NCBI GenBank assembly: GCA_964633875.1 | Contig: CAZWKL010000001.1 | Coordinates: 117,530 to 181,529 of the forward strand | Direction: 5' to 3' | Source of the DNA: an uncultured Pseudomonadales bacterium | GTDB lineage: Bacteria; Patescibacteriota; Microgenomatia; UBA1400; PJMF01 | Length of the DNA stretch: 64,000 nt | Shown: positions 28,472 through 38,274 of the stretch, in pieces | Layout of the letters: each line of letters begins with the position of its first letter | How positions within the stretch are numbered: the first letter of the stretch is position 1 | The notes under the pieces: generated by a model | What the model was told of the DNA's origin: nothing | The model's input: only the letters and a program-made list of their open reading frames with translations | The model's database searches: none | Made by a program: the position numbers and the translations under genes

Positions 28472-29578
28472 ATGACTAAAGCTCCGAATTTTTTCAAAAA
28501 TATTATTAAAATTGCCAGTTACACTTTTGTTGGCGTTTTTAGTTTGTTTACTTCCTTTTTTGTGATGTTTCTGGTCTTGATTGCTCTGGCAGCTGGACTG
28601 GCAGTTGGCAGTGTGGATACTGACACGACCGATCTTGATCTCGAACATCATGCCGGAACGCCCGACGCGGAGAGCCGGTTTGTCAGTTTGCCTATCAATG
28701 GCTTGATTCTGGGAGAAAGAGATGAGCTGCCCAGTTACATAGAATTTCTTTCTGATTTGGGCATTACTTATGGCTACGAAGTGAAGGAGAATCTGAAGAT
28801 TTTGGCAGAAAATGATGAAATTGAGGGCGTGATTTTGGAAATCCATTCCCCTGGTGGCACCATTTATGGTACCGCGGCCATTGCTGATGGAGTTGATTAT
28901 TACAAGAATATGACTGGCAAACCGGTGCTGGCTTATGTTGGCAGCACTGCTGCCTCGGGTTCTTATTGGGCTGCTGCCGGTGCTGATGAGATAGTGGCCG
29001 ATCATGGCACGATGATTGGTAGTATCGGCGTTATTGCCGGGCCGTTCAAGTATTATGACGGCGTGATGGAGGAAGATGGCGGCCTGTTTGGTACAGGGGT
29101 GACTACCAGCAATGGCATTGAGACAGAATATATTACTGCCGGCAGATCGAAAGATTTGGGCAATCCCTATCGGCCTTTGACAGCGGAAGAAAGAAACACT
29201 TTGCAGCGGAGCGTAAATAATTCGTATCTAAAATTTGTTGATTATGTCGCGTCTGGTCGAGAACTGGAGGTAGAGTTCCTGAGGGAGGAGATAGGGGCGC
29301 TAATATTTGATGAAGTGCAAGCGTTGGATTTGGGTTTGATTGATGCCATTTCGTCGAAAGATAATGCTTATACTAGGCTGGCTACTCTGGCAGATGTCGG
29401 CGAGTTTGAGATTTTAAGACCCAGAAGCGCTGGCGGGTTTTGGAGCGCTTTTGCTGGCGTGTTGATGCCCAATTTTGGTCATTTGAGTGCCCAATCCAGC
29501 AAAAGTTTGCCTGCTTTTTGTACTGAGAGGATGGCGGTCCTGGTTTATTCAGGTGATGTTGCCGCTCTTTGTCAGTAA
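28472..29578 (+). CDS. sppA: S49 peptidase, signal peptide peptidase SppA-like
   Basis: IHSPGG, KPV, AASGSYW, GSIGV, KDLGNPYR. Confidence 0.9.
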   Translation: MTKAPNFFKNIIKIASYTFVGVFSLFTSFFVMFLVLIALAAGLAVGSVDTDTTDLDLEHHAGTPDAESRFVSLPINGLILGERDELPSYIEFLSDLGITYGYEVKENLKILAENDEIEGVILEIHSPGGTIYGTAAIADGVDYYKNMTGKPVLAYVGSTAASGSYWAAAGADEIVADHGTMIGSIGVIAGPFKYYDGVMEEDGGLFGTGVTTSNGIETEYITAGRSKDLGNPYRPLTAEERNTLQRSVNNSYLKFVDYVASGRELEVEFLREEIGALIFDEVQALDLGLIDAISSKDNAYTRLATLADVGEFEILRPRSAGGFWSAFAGVLMPNFGHLSAQSSKSLPAFCTERMAVLVYSGDVAALCQ

Positions 29579-29675
29579 TTTTCCATTTGCTTTTTTTGTT
29601 TAGTTTAGTACGGATTATGCTAGAAACTTGGTTTATGCTCCAGGGCAGTAATATTTAACCCAAGGAGGCTAGCTC

Positions 29676-30230
29676 ATGAAATCAATCATCAAGAGCTTAT
29701 TAACAATTATTACCGTTTTGGTGCTGTCGATAGGAGTAACATCAGCTTACTTTACCAGTCAGGCTACGGCTAATCCGGTGGTGTTTCCCAGTGGAACAGT
29801 CGATATTATTGTTACCCAGCAAGTTGCTGATGGAGACGATGATCTTTGGCCCGGTAGTAGTCATATTTTTGAATTTATAGTCCAAAATACAGGCACTTTG
29901 CCGGTAAATTTAAAGGGTTATTTTTCTGGGGAATGGAGCAATCCAGAATTATCTACGGACTTAATTTCATTTTCCAATTTTCAGGTTCTGAGCGGCGGTG
30001 ATTGGCATCCTATGCATGTTGGTGGCTTGATGATCGGTCAAGAAACCGAGCTGATTGACACCTTCACCGGTTCTAATGTTTTGTCTTCGGGGGAACACAA
30101 GGTTTACAGAATTACCATGGGTCTTGACGAGACTGCAGGTGATGAGTATCAGGGAGAGCATTTGACCCTGGGATTGCATGTGGCGGCTAAACAAATTAAT
30201 GATGGGGCAGATTGGCCTGCCGAGTATTAA
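29676..30230 (+). CDS. TasA/CalY (camelysin, M73)-family protein with SipW-type signal peptide
   Basis: TSA|YFTS..GTVDI, LWPG, QNTGTL, C-terminal AGDEYQG..A.Q; strong AAGGAGG SD. Confidence 0.85.
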   Translation: MKSIIKSLLTIITVLVLSIGVTSAYFTSQATANPVVFPSGTVDIIVTQQVADGDDDLWPGSSHIFEFIVQNTGTLPVNLKGYFSGEWSNPELSTDLISFSNFQVLSGGDWHPMHVGGLMIGQETELIDTFTGSNVLSSGEHKVYRITMGLDETAGDEYQGEHLTLGLHVAAKQINDGADWPAEY

Positions 30231-30241
30231 TAAACTGGAGT

Positions 30242-30269
30242 TGGGGCGGCGCTTTTCAAGCGCCACCCA
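30242..30269 (+). other. GC-rich intergenic hairpin between the tasA-like gene and sipW
   Basis: TGGG..GGCGCTT-TTC-AAGCGCC..CCCA; no following U-tract. Confidence 0.6.
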
Positions 30270-30282
30270 CCAAAACACAAAA

Positions 30283-30750
30283 ATGAAAAAATTACTTCTC
30301 ACAATTACAACTTTAACTTTTTTAGTCACACTTGGTTTAGTGTTGCACTACAATTTCCGCATCCATTTAGTTAAATCCGGCTCAATGGAGCCGGAGATCA
30401 ACAAAGGCGATCTTATTATCACCGGAGGAAAAGATCATTACCAAATTGGCGACATTATCACTTTCCAACACGATCAAGGCAGGGTCACTCACCAAATTGC
30501 CGCCATTCAAACCCGCAACTCAATCACCAGCTTTCAAACCAAAGGCTTAGCCAACTCTGCCGCGGATAAGGAGTTGGTAAAGCTATCGGATGTCATCGGA
30601 GTCGTTAGGTTTGTTATTCCTAAACTAGGCGTCATTCTCCTGCTGCAGGAAAAGTATTATGTAGTTGCCGCTGTTTGGGTTATCAGTCTATTGATCATTG
30701 TTCTAGAGATACAAGAACTGGTTGCAAAATTAAAAGGGGCGGGCGCGTGA
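30283..30750 (+). CDS. sipW: Signal peptidase I, SipW/S26B (ER/archaeal type)
   Basis: VKSGSMEP, GDLII, GDIITF, VTHQ (His general base), TKG.AN..D, C-terminal TM. Confidence 0.9.
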   Translation: MKKLLLTITTLTFLVTLGLVLHYNFRIHLVKSGSMEPEINKGDLIITGGKDHYQIGDIITFQHDQGRVTHQIAAIQTRNSITSFQTKGLANSAADKELVKLSDVIGVVRFVIPKLGVILLLQEKYYVVAAVWVISLLIIVLEIQELVAKLKGAGA

Positions 30751-31835
30751 TGCAGATGGTTGCCCGGTTTTTGCTATCCTTATTACTTTTGTTGTTGCTT
30801 GTTGTTCCGCCCGCCCACGCCTATTTTTCGGCAATTGCGAGCACGATTTTGTACATGGGCACCTTTGAGTATATCTATGCTGAACCAGACTTAATTCATC
30901 AAAGAAGCGGCGAAGCATTTATTCCGATCGAGCTAATTAACAACTCCTGGGAGCCTGTAGGAGACGTGACCACAGAGCCAGCCTGTTTCGAGAACGAACC
31001 ATGTTTTATTTTGGGAGGCAGTCAAGAAAATTATGAAAACGCTGCAACTATTACTCAAAATATCGAAATCGGTGAGGCTCATCCCTCAACACTGGTTTTT
31101 GCTCTCAAGACCGATTACTCAGAATACTTGCCTGGTTTTGACAGCCCATACTTTCAAGTGTTTATTAACAACCTCAATATCTATGAGGAACATTTTTCCA
31201 CCACCATTCCCAACGGTGGTTGGAGACAAATTTTTCTCCCTCTTCCTAATCTCGATCCAGGCATACACACAATAACTTTTGTTCAACAAAACACCGGCGA
31301 TGATCAATTTCCCTCCATTGTTAGTTTGGCGGCCATTTCAACCGATGCTATTTTATTCGGCAGCCAAGATAAGATCATCATCACCGGATCCAACAACAAC
31401 CTCATATCTGCCCAAGTGTTCAAATCAAACGGCTCTGAAACCTACCTAGCCACAACTCAACTAACTCTTGGCCTCGAAGTACTGAATCAAGCTACAGGCT
31501 TAGAATATTGGCCTGAAAATAATCCGGAAAGATCGGTGCAGATAAATTTATCAGCAGATTTATCTACCCCGGATCCTGCTGAAGTCACGCGCTTGGCCAT
31601 TGAGCATGACCAGCAATTATCTTTAGTCATTAACCAACCCGATGATGCTTACGCCTATCTGCTGAGCGCCGAAAATTTAGCAGAGATCATCCGCCTTTTT
31701 CCTGCTGCTAAATTTAAAAATACAACAGTATTAACCATTCCAATTAATTTGCTTAATTATGAATATCCAACCCTAACTGTCATGAACAGGGCAGGCAATG
31801 CTTCTCCGCCGACCAGCTTGAATAGTCCGCCATAA
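30750..31835 (+). CDS. Secreted beta-rich protein with SipW-type signal peptide
   Basis: AHA|YFS..MGTF cleavage signature; ATG overlaps the sipW stop (TGATG). Confidence 0.7.
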   Translation: MQMVARFLLSLLLLLLLVVPPAHAYFSAIASTILYMGTFEYIYAEPDLIHQRSGEAFIPIELINNSWEPVGDVTTEPACFENEPCFILGGSQENYENAATITQNIEIGEAHPSTLVFALKTDYSEYLPGFDSPYFQVFINNLNIYEEHFSTTIPNGGWRQIFLPLPNLDPGIHTITFVQQNTGDDQFPSIVSLAAISTDAILFGSQDKIIITGSNNNLISAQVFKSNGSETYLATTQLTLGLEVLNQATGLEYWPENNPERSVQINLSADLSTPDPAEVTRLAIEHDQQLSLVINQPDDAYAYLLSAENLAEIIRLFPAAKFKNTTVLTIPINLLNYEYPTLTVMNRAGNASPPTSLNSPP

Positions 31836-31883
31836 GCTGAGATACTTGTTTGTGTTATAAAAAGTGGTCATAATAATTCGACG

Positions 31884-32954
31884 GTGATATCTGCTCTGAA
31901 TAAAACATTAGCTCACTTATTTCGACCCGGCCGCTCCAACAATCATCGGCCACGACTTTTGCATCCTGAGTTGCTTTTTATTCTTTCTTTTTTAGTAGTT
32001 GTTTTTGGCTCAGCTGTCTATGTTGAGGCCCTACGCTATCAACCGCTTGAAAATATTTTGGGTTATGCCTCCAACATCAACCCAGACGATGTTGTGCGTC
32101 TTACCAATGCTGAGCGAGCCAAACAAGGCCTGCATGAGCTTACTTTCAACTCCACACTAGCAGCAGCCGCCCAAGCCAAGGGGCAGGACATGTTTAACAA
32201 TCAATATTGGGCTCACACTTCACCAACAGGCAGAGAACCCTGGGATTTTATGAATGAGTCTGGGTATAGTTACCGCGTGGCAGGCGAAAATTTAGCCAGA
32301 GATTTTATGACCACTACAGCCATGATAGATGCCTGGATGGCTTCGCCAACCCATCGCGCCAATGTCGTTAATTCACGTTATACAGAAATTGGCATAGCAG
32401 TCATCAACGGCAATTTACAGGGGGTGGATACAACCTTAGTAGTACAAATGTTTGGTACGCCAAGAGCTGTGGCCGCTGTACCTACTACCACCAACCAAGC
32501 CGTGCAGACAACCGACAACGCCAACACTCAACTGCCATCAGCTCCACCAAATATCAATCCCCCAACTGTGGAACCACCGGCCCCAAATCCCACTACCAAT
32601 CCCATAATTTATCAGGACGGCGAAACCGAGTTGGTCAGTCTTGATGCTTCTCGTCTCGCCAACAATACTATTCAGCCAACTTCGGTCACCCCGACCAATC
32701 CTCCTCAAGTCTTAGCGCAATTTTTAGTCCCGATTGGAGAAATTAACCCTCACATCCTGTTTTCCCCAAGAGAGCTGGCTAAAGCTTTTGCTTTGGCGGT
32801 TAGTATTTTGTTATTGTTGGTTTTGATATATGATCTACACCTTTCCAACAAACACCATACAGTGAGGTTGGTGGGTAAGAATTTGGGCCATATCATGCTT
32901 TTTCTCACGGTGGTATTTTTACTAATTTTCTTAAAAGGAGGAGTGGTGGGCTAG
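31884..32954 (+). CDS. CAP/SCP-domain membrane protein with Pro/Thr linker
   Basis: LTNAER, YWAH, AGENLA, WMASPTHRAN, EIGIA, VVQMFG; C-terminal TMs. Confidence 0.92.
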   Translation: MISALNKTLAHLFRPGRSNNHRPRLLHPELLFILSFLVVVFGSAVYVEALRYQPLENILGYASNINPDDVVRLTNAERAKQGLHELTFNSTLAAAAQAKGQDMFNNQYWAHTSPTGREPWDFMNESGYSYRVAGENLARDFMTTTAMIDAWMASPTHRANVVNSRYTEIGIAVINGNLQGVDTTLVVQMFGTPRAVAAVPTTTNQAVQTTDNANTQLPSAPPNINPPTVEPPAPNPTTNPIIYQDGETELVSLDASRLANNTIQPTSVTPTNPPQVLAQFLVPIGEINPHILFSPRELAKAFALAVSILLLLVLIYDLHLSNKHHTVRLVGKNLGHIMLFLTVVFLLIFLKGGVVG

Positions 32955-32955
32955 A

Positions 32956-33213
32956 ATGAGAAAAGAATTTTTGCACCACTATCTGGCCTATACTATTTTA
33001 GTTTTGGCGTTAGTACTGATTGTTTTGAGTTTTTTCACGGTTTGGCCAAATGTCATTGCTCAAAGGTATCTCATCTTAATTCTCAGCGCCTTTTACTTTA
33101 TGTGGGGAGTAATTTCACACACTAAAACAGACCACATTACTACCAAGGTTATTGTTGAGTACTTGGCTGTTTCAATCTTGGCCGGGCTTTTGCTATCACT
33201 GGTGACCTTTTAA
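32956..33213 (+). CDS. Small 3-TM membrane protein
   Basis: Hydrophobic, YFMWGVISH..VIVEY; GGAGG SD. Confidence 0.75.
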   Translation: MRKEFLHHYLAYTILVLALVLIVLSFFTVWPNVIAQRYLILILSAFYFMWGVISHTKTDHITTKVIVEYLAVSILAGLLLSLVTF

Positions 33214-33264
33214 TATCAGTATGTTAGACTAACCGAGTATGAACTTATGTGACAAGGAGAGCCT

Positions 33265-33996
33265 ATGAAAGGGATTATTTTGGCTGGTGGATCTGGAAGC
33301 CGCTTAAGTCCACTCACCAAAGTGACCAGCAAACAGCTACTGCCCATTTACAACAAACCCATGATTTATTATCCGTTGTTCACGCTTTTGAATGCCGGAA
33401 TCAAAGATATTCTCATCATTGTTGCCCCTGACCACGCGGGCGACTTTCTCAAATTACTGGGCAGTGGGCGGGAGTTTAACTGCAAATTTACTTACGAAAT
33501 TCAAGATAAACCCGAGGGGATTGCTCAGGCATTCATAATCGGAGAAAATTTTATCGGCAAAGACAGCGTCACTCTTATTCTTGGTGATAATATTTTTGAA
33601 GATGATTTTTCTACCGATATCAAGAATTTTCAATCAGGCGGCAGAGTTTTTGCCAAAGAAGTTGAAGACCCGCAACGGTTTGGGGTAGTAGAATTTGATG
33701 AAAACAGACAAGCTATTTCCATTGAAGAAAAACCAGCACAACCCAAATCTAACTTTGCAGTGACCGGCATGTACATTTACGATAACACCGTAGTTGAAAA
33801 AGCCCGATCGCTCCAGCCTTCAGCGCGGGGGGAGTACGAAATCACCGATGTCAACAACCTCTATCTTCAAGACGGAGCCCTGGATGTTGCCTTTGTTAAA
33901 AGCCGATGGTTTGATACCGGCACCTTTGAGTCACTGCATGCGGCCATTGAAGTCGCCCGGACCAAAGCTCTGGCAGAAGCATCATCCGAGCAATAA
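33265..33996 (+). CDS. rmlA: Glucose-1-phosphate thymidylyltransferase (short RmlA/SpsI type)
   Basis: GIILAGGSGSRL.PLT..SKQLLP, LGDNIF, EEKP, SARGEYEITD, WFDTGT. Confidence 0.9.
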   Translation: MKGIILAGGSGSRLSPLTKVTSKQLLPIYNKPMIYYPLFTLLNAGIKDILIIVAPDHAGDFLKLLGSGREFNCKFTYEIQDKPEGIAQAFIIGENFIGKDSVTLILGDNIFEDDFSTDIKNFQSGGRVFAKEVEDPQRFGVVEFDENRQAISIEEKPAQPKSNFAVTGMYIYDNTVVEKARSLQPSARGEYEITDVNNLYLQDGALDVAFVKSRWFDTGTFESLHAAIEVARTKALAEASSEQ

Positions 33997-34032
33997 ATTA
34001 CAAATACTCAAGGAACTGGTATAGTAGTGCTA

Positions 34033-34854
34033 ATGAATAAACTGATATTTTTATTTACTTCAGCTTTTATCTTGCTTGTCATGTTTCACCCTGGTCAAAT
34101 CACGGCTCAGGAAGAAACAAGGGAAGCCACCGAAGGCGCCAACATTGACAAAATCACCGAGTTGAACAAACTTTATATTTTACAAATCGAGTCTTACCGT
34201 TTTGCAGAACGCGAACAAGTGATTGCTAAACAACAGTATCAAGATTTGCAAACCCTCCGGCTTTTGGAAGACGCGGTCAACGCCACTAAAAAAGCCCTAA
34301 TTGAGCGCAATAACGTTTTGCTCACCTATCTTGAACTGCACTATTTTAACTTACAAGACGCCGCTGGCATCAATTTAACATACAAAGAAGACACTCTTAG
34401 CGTTCTGGTGGAACAGATTGGTGTATTAAGAACTTATGGTGAAAAGTTGGCCAACATTTCCAATCGAGACGAACTCAAAGAACGCACTGACGAATTTAAG
34501 GAAATATATCCTCAAATTGAGTCAGTAGCTTACCGCTCGCTAACTCTCATCTCCATAGGCAAACTCCAAACAGTTCATGATCGCGGCAGAATTATTTTAA
34601 ATGATTTGAAAGCGCTTGAAGCGGATCAGGAAGCTGATACTTTTAGGAGTGCCCGGTACCAAAGAGCTATCACTGAAACTGAGCGCAATCTGGAAAATAT
34701 TAATAATCAGCTCAGAGAAGCCAACAATAATTATGAGACGCGTTTTAAACAATTTAATCGCTCTGGTTATAACAATATTTTGGATAAATTGAAGCCGGTT
34801 TACACAGAATTATCTCAGCTTGTTGCTTATTTGAAAGAATTACTAACGATTTAA
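34033..34854 (+). CDS. Secreted all-helical coiled-coil hypothetical protein
   Basis: Signal peptide followed by heptad-rich sequence. Confidence 0.8.
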   Translation: MNKLIFLFTSAFILLVMFHPGQITAQEETREATEGANIDKITELNKLYILQIESYRFAEREQVIAKQQYQDLQTLRLLEDAVNATKKALIERNNVLLTYLELHYFNLQDAAGINLTYKEDTLSVLVEQIGVLRTYGEKLANISNRDELKERTDEFKEIYPQIESVAYRSLTLISIGKLQTVHDRGRIILNDLKALEADQEADTFRSARYQRAITETERNLENINNQLREANNNYETRFKQFNRSGYNNILDKLKPVYTELSQLVAYLKELLTI

Positions 34855-34857
34855 ATT

Positions 34858-35244
34858 ATGGCCATAAAATCAGATTTTAACCAGACTACTTTTTCAGAAA
34901 GACGACCATTTTACGAGCAAGAGCTTCATGTTTTGCCGCCGGAACCCGCTCCAGAACTTCCTGATGCTGAAAAACCAAAACCGATTTTTAAACGTAAAAT
35001 TTTTTGGCTGATTTTGTCGTTGTTAATTTTGATCTTGATCATCGTGTTGATGGCGGCGCTCAATAATAAAGGAGCTACTCCAGAGCTTGAGCCGGTCATT
35101 GAAGAAACACCGCTGGTGCTGGAAAATCATGACCCTCTGCTCAGAAGAATAATGCAACTTGAAGCAGAATTAAAAGAAGCCGACCCGACTAAGCCAACAT
35201 TGGTTTTTCCGGCATTAAAATTGGATATAGTTTTAGATAATTAG
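34858..35244 (+). CDS. Single-TM hypothetical protein
   Basis: Pro-rich N-terminus, one TM, short coiled coil. Confidence 0.75.
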   Translation: MAIKSDFNQTTFSERRPFYEQELHVLPPEPAPELPDAEKPKPIFKRKIFWLILSLLILILIIVLMAALNNKGATPELEPVIEETPLVLENHDPLLRRIMQLEAELKEADPTKPTLVFPALKLDIVLDN

Positions 35245-35275
35245 CTTAAAATCACCTAATGATTGGGGTTTGGTA

Positions 35276-35704
35276 ATGAGTACAATTTTAGTTAGCCTTG
35301 GCTTAATTTCTGCGTTGATATCTTTGTTGAGTTATAAATTGGCTAAAAATAACCAATTCTACTCGGATGTTCCCTTGCCACTGTTGCTGTCAGGAATTTA
35401 CGTTTGGGGAGATGGTTTAGTTCTCGGGCCTTTTTGGTTGGTAAGTATTTTATTGTGGTATTTTTTGGCTTATTCACCTACCCAAGTATTTCGCTACTTT
35501 TTGCTTTTTCTCGTTATCAGATCAGCTTACGAAATCATTTATTGGCTTCAGCATCAAATGTTGAAAAAAGATTATATTCCTCCTCTTTTTCGCCGCATCA
35601 AGTGGTTGACTGCCGAGCAGCACGGGATACTTTACCAATTATTACACACTGTCATAATTGTTCTGGCCATTTCAATTTATCTTTATACACTTGAAATCAA
35701 CTAG
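35276..35704 (+). CDS. Hypothetical membrane protein
   Basis: Multiple TMs, in-operon position. Confidence 0.7.
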   Translation: MSTILVSLGLISALISLLSYKLAKNNQFYSDVPLPLLLSGIYVWGDGLVLGPFWLVSILLWYFLAYSPTQVFRYFLLFLVIRSAYEIIYWLQHQMLKKDYIPPLFRRIKWLTAEQHGILYQLLHTVIIVLAISIYLYTLEIN

Positions 35705-36524
35705 CCATTTTTCCGAAGATATTTCTGCCAAGAGTACTGAGAGCAAAAAGCAATCCGCCAACAACGGCAATAGTTGCACCTGATGGCGTGTCTAAAATAG
35801 CAGACACCAAAATACCCAATGAAGTTATCGCCACAGCCAACAGGGGGGCGAGTATAAGTAGGGATTTGAGTGACTTGGCAAATTGTGAAGAAATACTGGC
35901 GGGGATAACGAGCAGGGCGTTAACCAAAACCACTCCCACTAATTTTACTCCGGCAATGATGCTCAGAGCTAACAGAAAATGGTAAGCCAGGTCAACAAGC
36001 TTGATATTAATGCCAATGATTTGAGCGTAATTGCTGTCAATGCTGACGATCAGCATTTTTTCCAGTAACCAAATGAACATAAGGCAAATCAAGAAGGTCA
36101 ACATGAAAAGGAAAAAGAGCTCTGTGGCAGTAACAGAAAGAATGTTGCCAAACAAAAAGCTAAACAACTCCGGTTGGTATCCTGGTAGCAAAGAAAAAAT
36201 CAGCACACTTAAACCCATTGATACAGGCAATAATATACCCAGCACCGCGTCCAGTGATAAGCGCGATTTTTTTTGTACTAATGGCAATGATACGGCTGCG
36301 GTCACAGCATAAATCGCACCCGACAAAACAGGGGAAATATGAAAAAATACCCCAAAGGCGACTCCGGCCAGGGCGCTATGAGCAATGGCGTCGCCAAAAA
36401 AAGCTCCTTTCCTAATCAAGGCAAACACACCCATAATACCCACCGCCACCGCTATCAATAATCCGGCAATGATTGCTCGTTGCATAAAGCCATATGAGAG
36501 AAGATCAAGCAAAGTTGTGAACAT
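35697..36524 (-). CDS. znuB: Zn/Mn ABC transporter permease
   Basis: FFGDAIAHSALAGVA, LFGNIL, VGVVLVNALLVIPA, PSGATI. Confidence 0.9.
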   Translation of the reverse strand: MFTTLLDLLSYGFMQRAIIAGLLIAVAVGIMGVFALIRKGAFFGDAIAHSALAGVAFGVFFHISPVLSGAIYAVTAAVSLPLVQKKSRLSLDAVLGILLPVSMGLSVLIFSLLPGYQPELFSFLFGNILSVTATELFFLFMLTFLICLMFIWLLEKMLIVSIDSNYAQIIGINIKLVDLAYHFLLALSIIAGVKLVGVVLVNALLVIPASISSQFAKSLKSLLILAPLLAVAITSLGILVSAILDTPSGATIAVVGGLLFALSTLGRNIFGKMAS

Positions 36525-36527
36525 AAT

Positions 36528-37250
36528 TTAGTGTCTGTGCTCCAGTTCGTGGACTTTTTCTTGATACAAAGATGCTAAGTTTTTTTTGGTTAGTACTTTT
36601 AAAGGATCGCCTTCAAAAATCACGGTTTTATTTAAACAAAAAACTTTATCAGCGTATTCTCTAACCAGGGAAATCTCATGAGAAGCGATCAGCGCGGTCA
36701 CTTGTTTTTTAGCCACTAATTTTTTAATGAGTTGATAAAAAACCTTTTCTCCCCCCGGATCTACTCCGGCTTCCGGTTCATCCAACAAAAGCAAGCTGGG
36801 ATTGTGCACAATGGCTCTGGCCAGGAGCACTCTTTGCAATTGTCCTCCGGAAAGATCTTTGATTTTTTCTTTAGCAAAGCTTTCTGCCTCGACTTTTTGC
36901 AAAGCAGCAGCAATCATCAAGTGTTTTTCTTGTCGGTTGTGCTTGCAGGTGCTTAGAGCCAAGAACAACAATTCGTGCGCAGTGACAGGAATGTAAGGAT
37001 CAAATTGAAAACGTTGAGGCAAATAACCAACTTGATAGTTTTGATCACTAATTGTCTTGCTCAAAACTATCTCGCCGTTTGCCTTTTCTAATCCCAGAAT
37101 CAGCCGAAATAAAGTAGTTTTCCCCGATCCGTTTGGCCCAATGACCACATTAATCGAGTTCTTGGCAACGCTCATATTAACGTTTTCCAAAGCGTTAATT
37201 TTTTGTTGTTCGTAACGAAAGCTGAGATTTTTAATGTTTAATAAAGCCAT
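36528..37250 (-). CDS. znuC: Zn/Mn ABC transporter ATPase
   Basis: GPNGSGKTT, GYLPQ, LSGGQLQR, LLLDEP..GVD, SHE. Confidence 0.92.
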   Translation of the reverse strand: MALLNIKNLSFRYEQQKINALENVNMSVAKNSINVVIGPNGSGKTTLFRLILGLEKANGEIVLSKTISDQNYQVGYLPQRFQFDPYIPVTAHELLFLALSTCKHNRQEKHLMIAAALQKVEAESFAKEKIKDLSGGQLQRVLLARAIVHNPSLLLLDEPEAGVDPGGEKVFYQLIKKLVAKKQVTALIASHEISLVREYADKVFCLNKTVIFEGDPLKVLTKKNLASLYQEKVHELEHRH

Positions 37251-38141
37251 TTATTGTAAAGTCCTCTGAAACTCAAAAGTATTATATCTCATTAATTCAA
37301 TGTATGTTTCTCTGCCCGGAACCCCTCCCAAAGGGTCAATTATTCCCATCGGTACCTGGTATTCTGACGCAATCGCCCTCAATCGCTCTGTAGGCAATTG
37401 TGGTTCTGAAAAAACAGCATCGATATTCCCGTTTGCCAGCAAATTAGAAAATTCAGCTAAATACTGTGGTCCTGGCAATTGCCCCGGGAACTCTTCAAAA
37501 ACAGCCACCAGGTTTAAACCATATTCATCAGCATAATACTGCATGCTGTTGTGAAAAGTGGCAATATCTTTTTTGGGTAATGAGGCAATTATTTGCGTAA
37601 TCTCAGTGTTGGTGGTTTCAAGTTCCGCGATATATTGCCGCAAATTGAGACGATAAGCTTCGGCATTTTCGGGATCAATTTCGCTCAGTTTTTCGGTAAT
37701 TTGCTCTGACATAATGATAGCGTTTTTGATATTCAACCAATAATGAGGTTCATTTTCATGCTCGTTTTCTTCGTTATTTTCTTTATGAGCAACTAAGTCA
37801 TTATCAAGAAAATGAATTCCCTGATTGATTGTCATTACCTTGGCCTCATCACCTGTTTTATAGGCCCATTCGTCAAGAATGCCGGCGGCAAAAATAACCT
37901 GACTGTTGTTAATAGCTTCAGCAGTTTTGGGCGTAGGTTCGAAAGTGTGAGGACTTGCTCCCGGAGGCAACAACAAATACACCTCAAAATTATCTCCGGC
38001 AATTTGCCTAGTCATATCATAGATGGGGTAGATGGTGGCAGCCACTACTTGCCGATCAACAACCTTTTCAGGCACAGCGAAATGTATCCAGATTGCCGCT
38101 ACTAATACCGATAAAATGAAGAGAGTTGGTAAAAATTTCAT
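37251..38141 (-). CDS. znuA: Zn/Mn ABC substrate-binding protein
   Basis: SPHTFEP, His/Glu loop, EPHYWL, TFH, FSEPQ, DPLG. Confidence 0.92.
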   Translation of the reverse strand: MKFLPTLFILSVLVAAIWIHFAVPEKVVDRQVVAATIYPIYDMTRQIAGDNFEVYLLLPPGASPHTFEPTPKTAEAINNSQVIFAAGILDEWAYKTGDEAKVMTINQGIHFLDNDLVAHKENNEENEHENEPHYWLNIKNAIIMSEQITEKLSEIDPENAEAYRLNLRQYIAELETTNTEITQIIASLPKKDIATFHNSMQYYADEYGLNLVAVFEEFPGQLPGPQYLAEFSNLLANGNIDAVFSEPQLPTERLRAIASEYQVPMGIIDPLGGVPGRETYIELMRYNTFEFQRTLQ

Positions 38142-38168
38142 AACTGCATTATAGTCAGAAGATTAAAT

Positions 38169-38189
38169 TAATGCAACATTGTCGCATTA
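38169..38189. promoter_or_regulatory. Fur/Zur-type operator candidate upstream of znuA
   Basis: TAATGCAAC-ATT-GTCGCATTA (9-3-9, 1 mismatch) in the -35 region of the znuA TATAAT (38148-38153). Confidence 0.65.
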
Positions 38190-38274
38190 TCCCAATTAAA
38201 TGGCGGTCCAACTCGGGTGTTCTTGGTTGATAAACTCTGTTACAATATGATGGTGCGAAAGGAATTATTGATTT

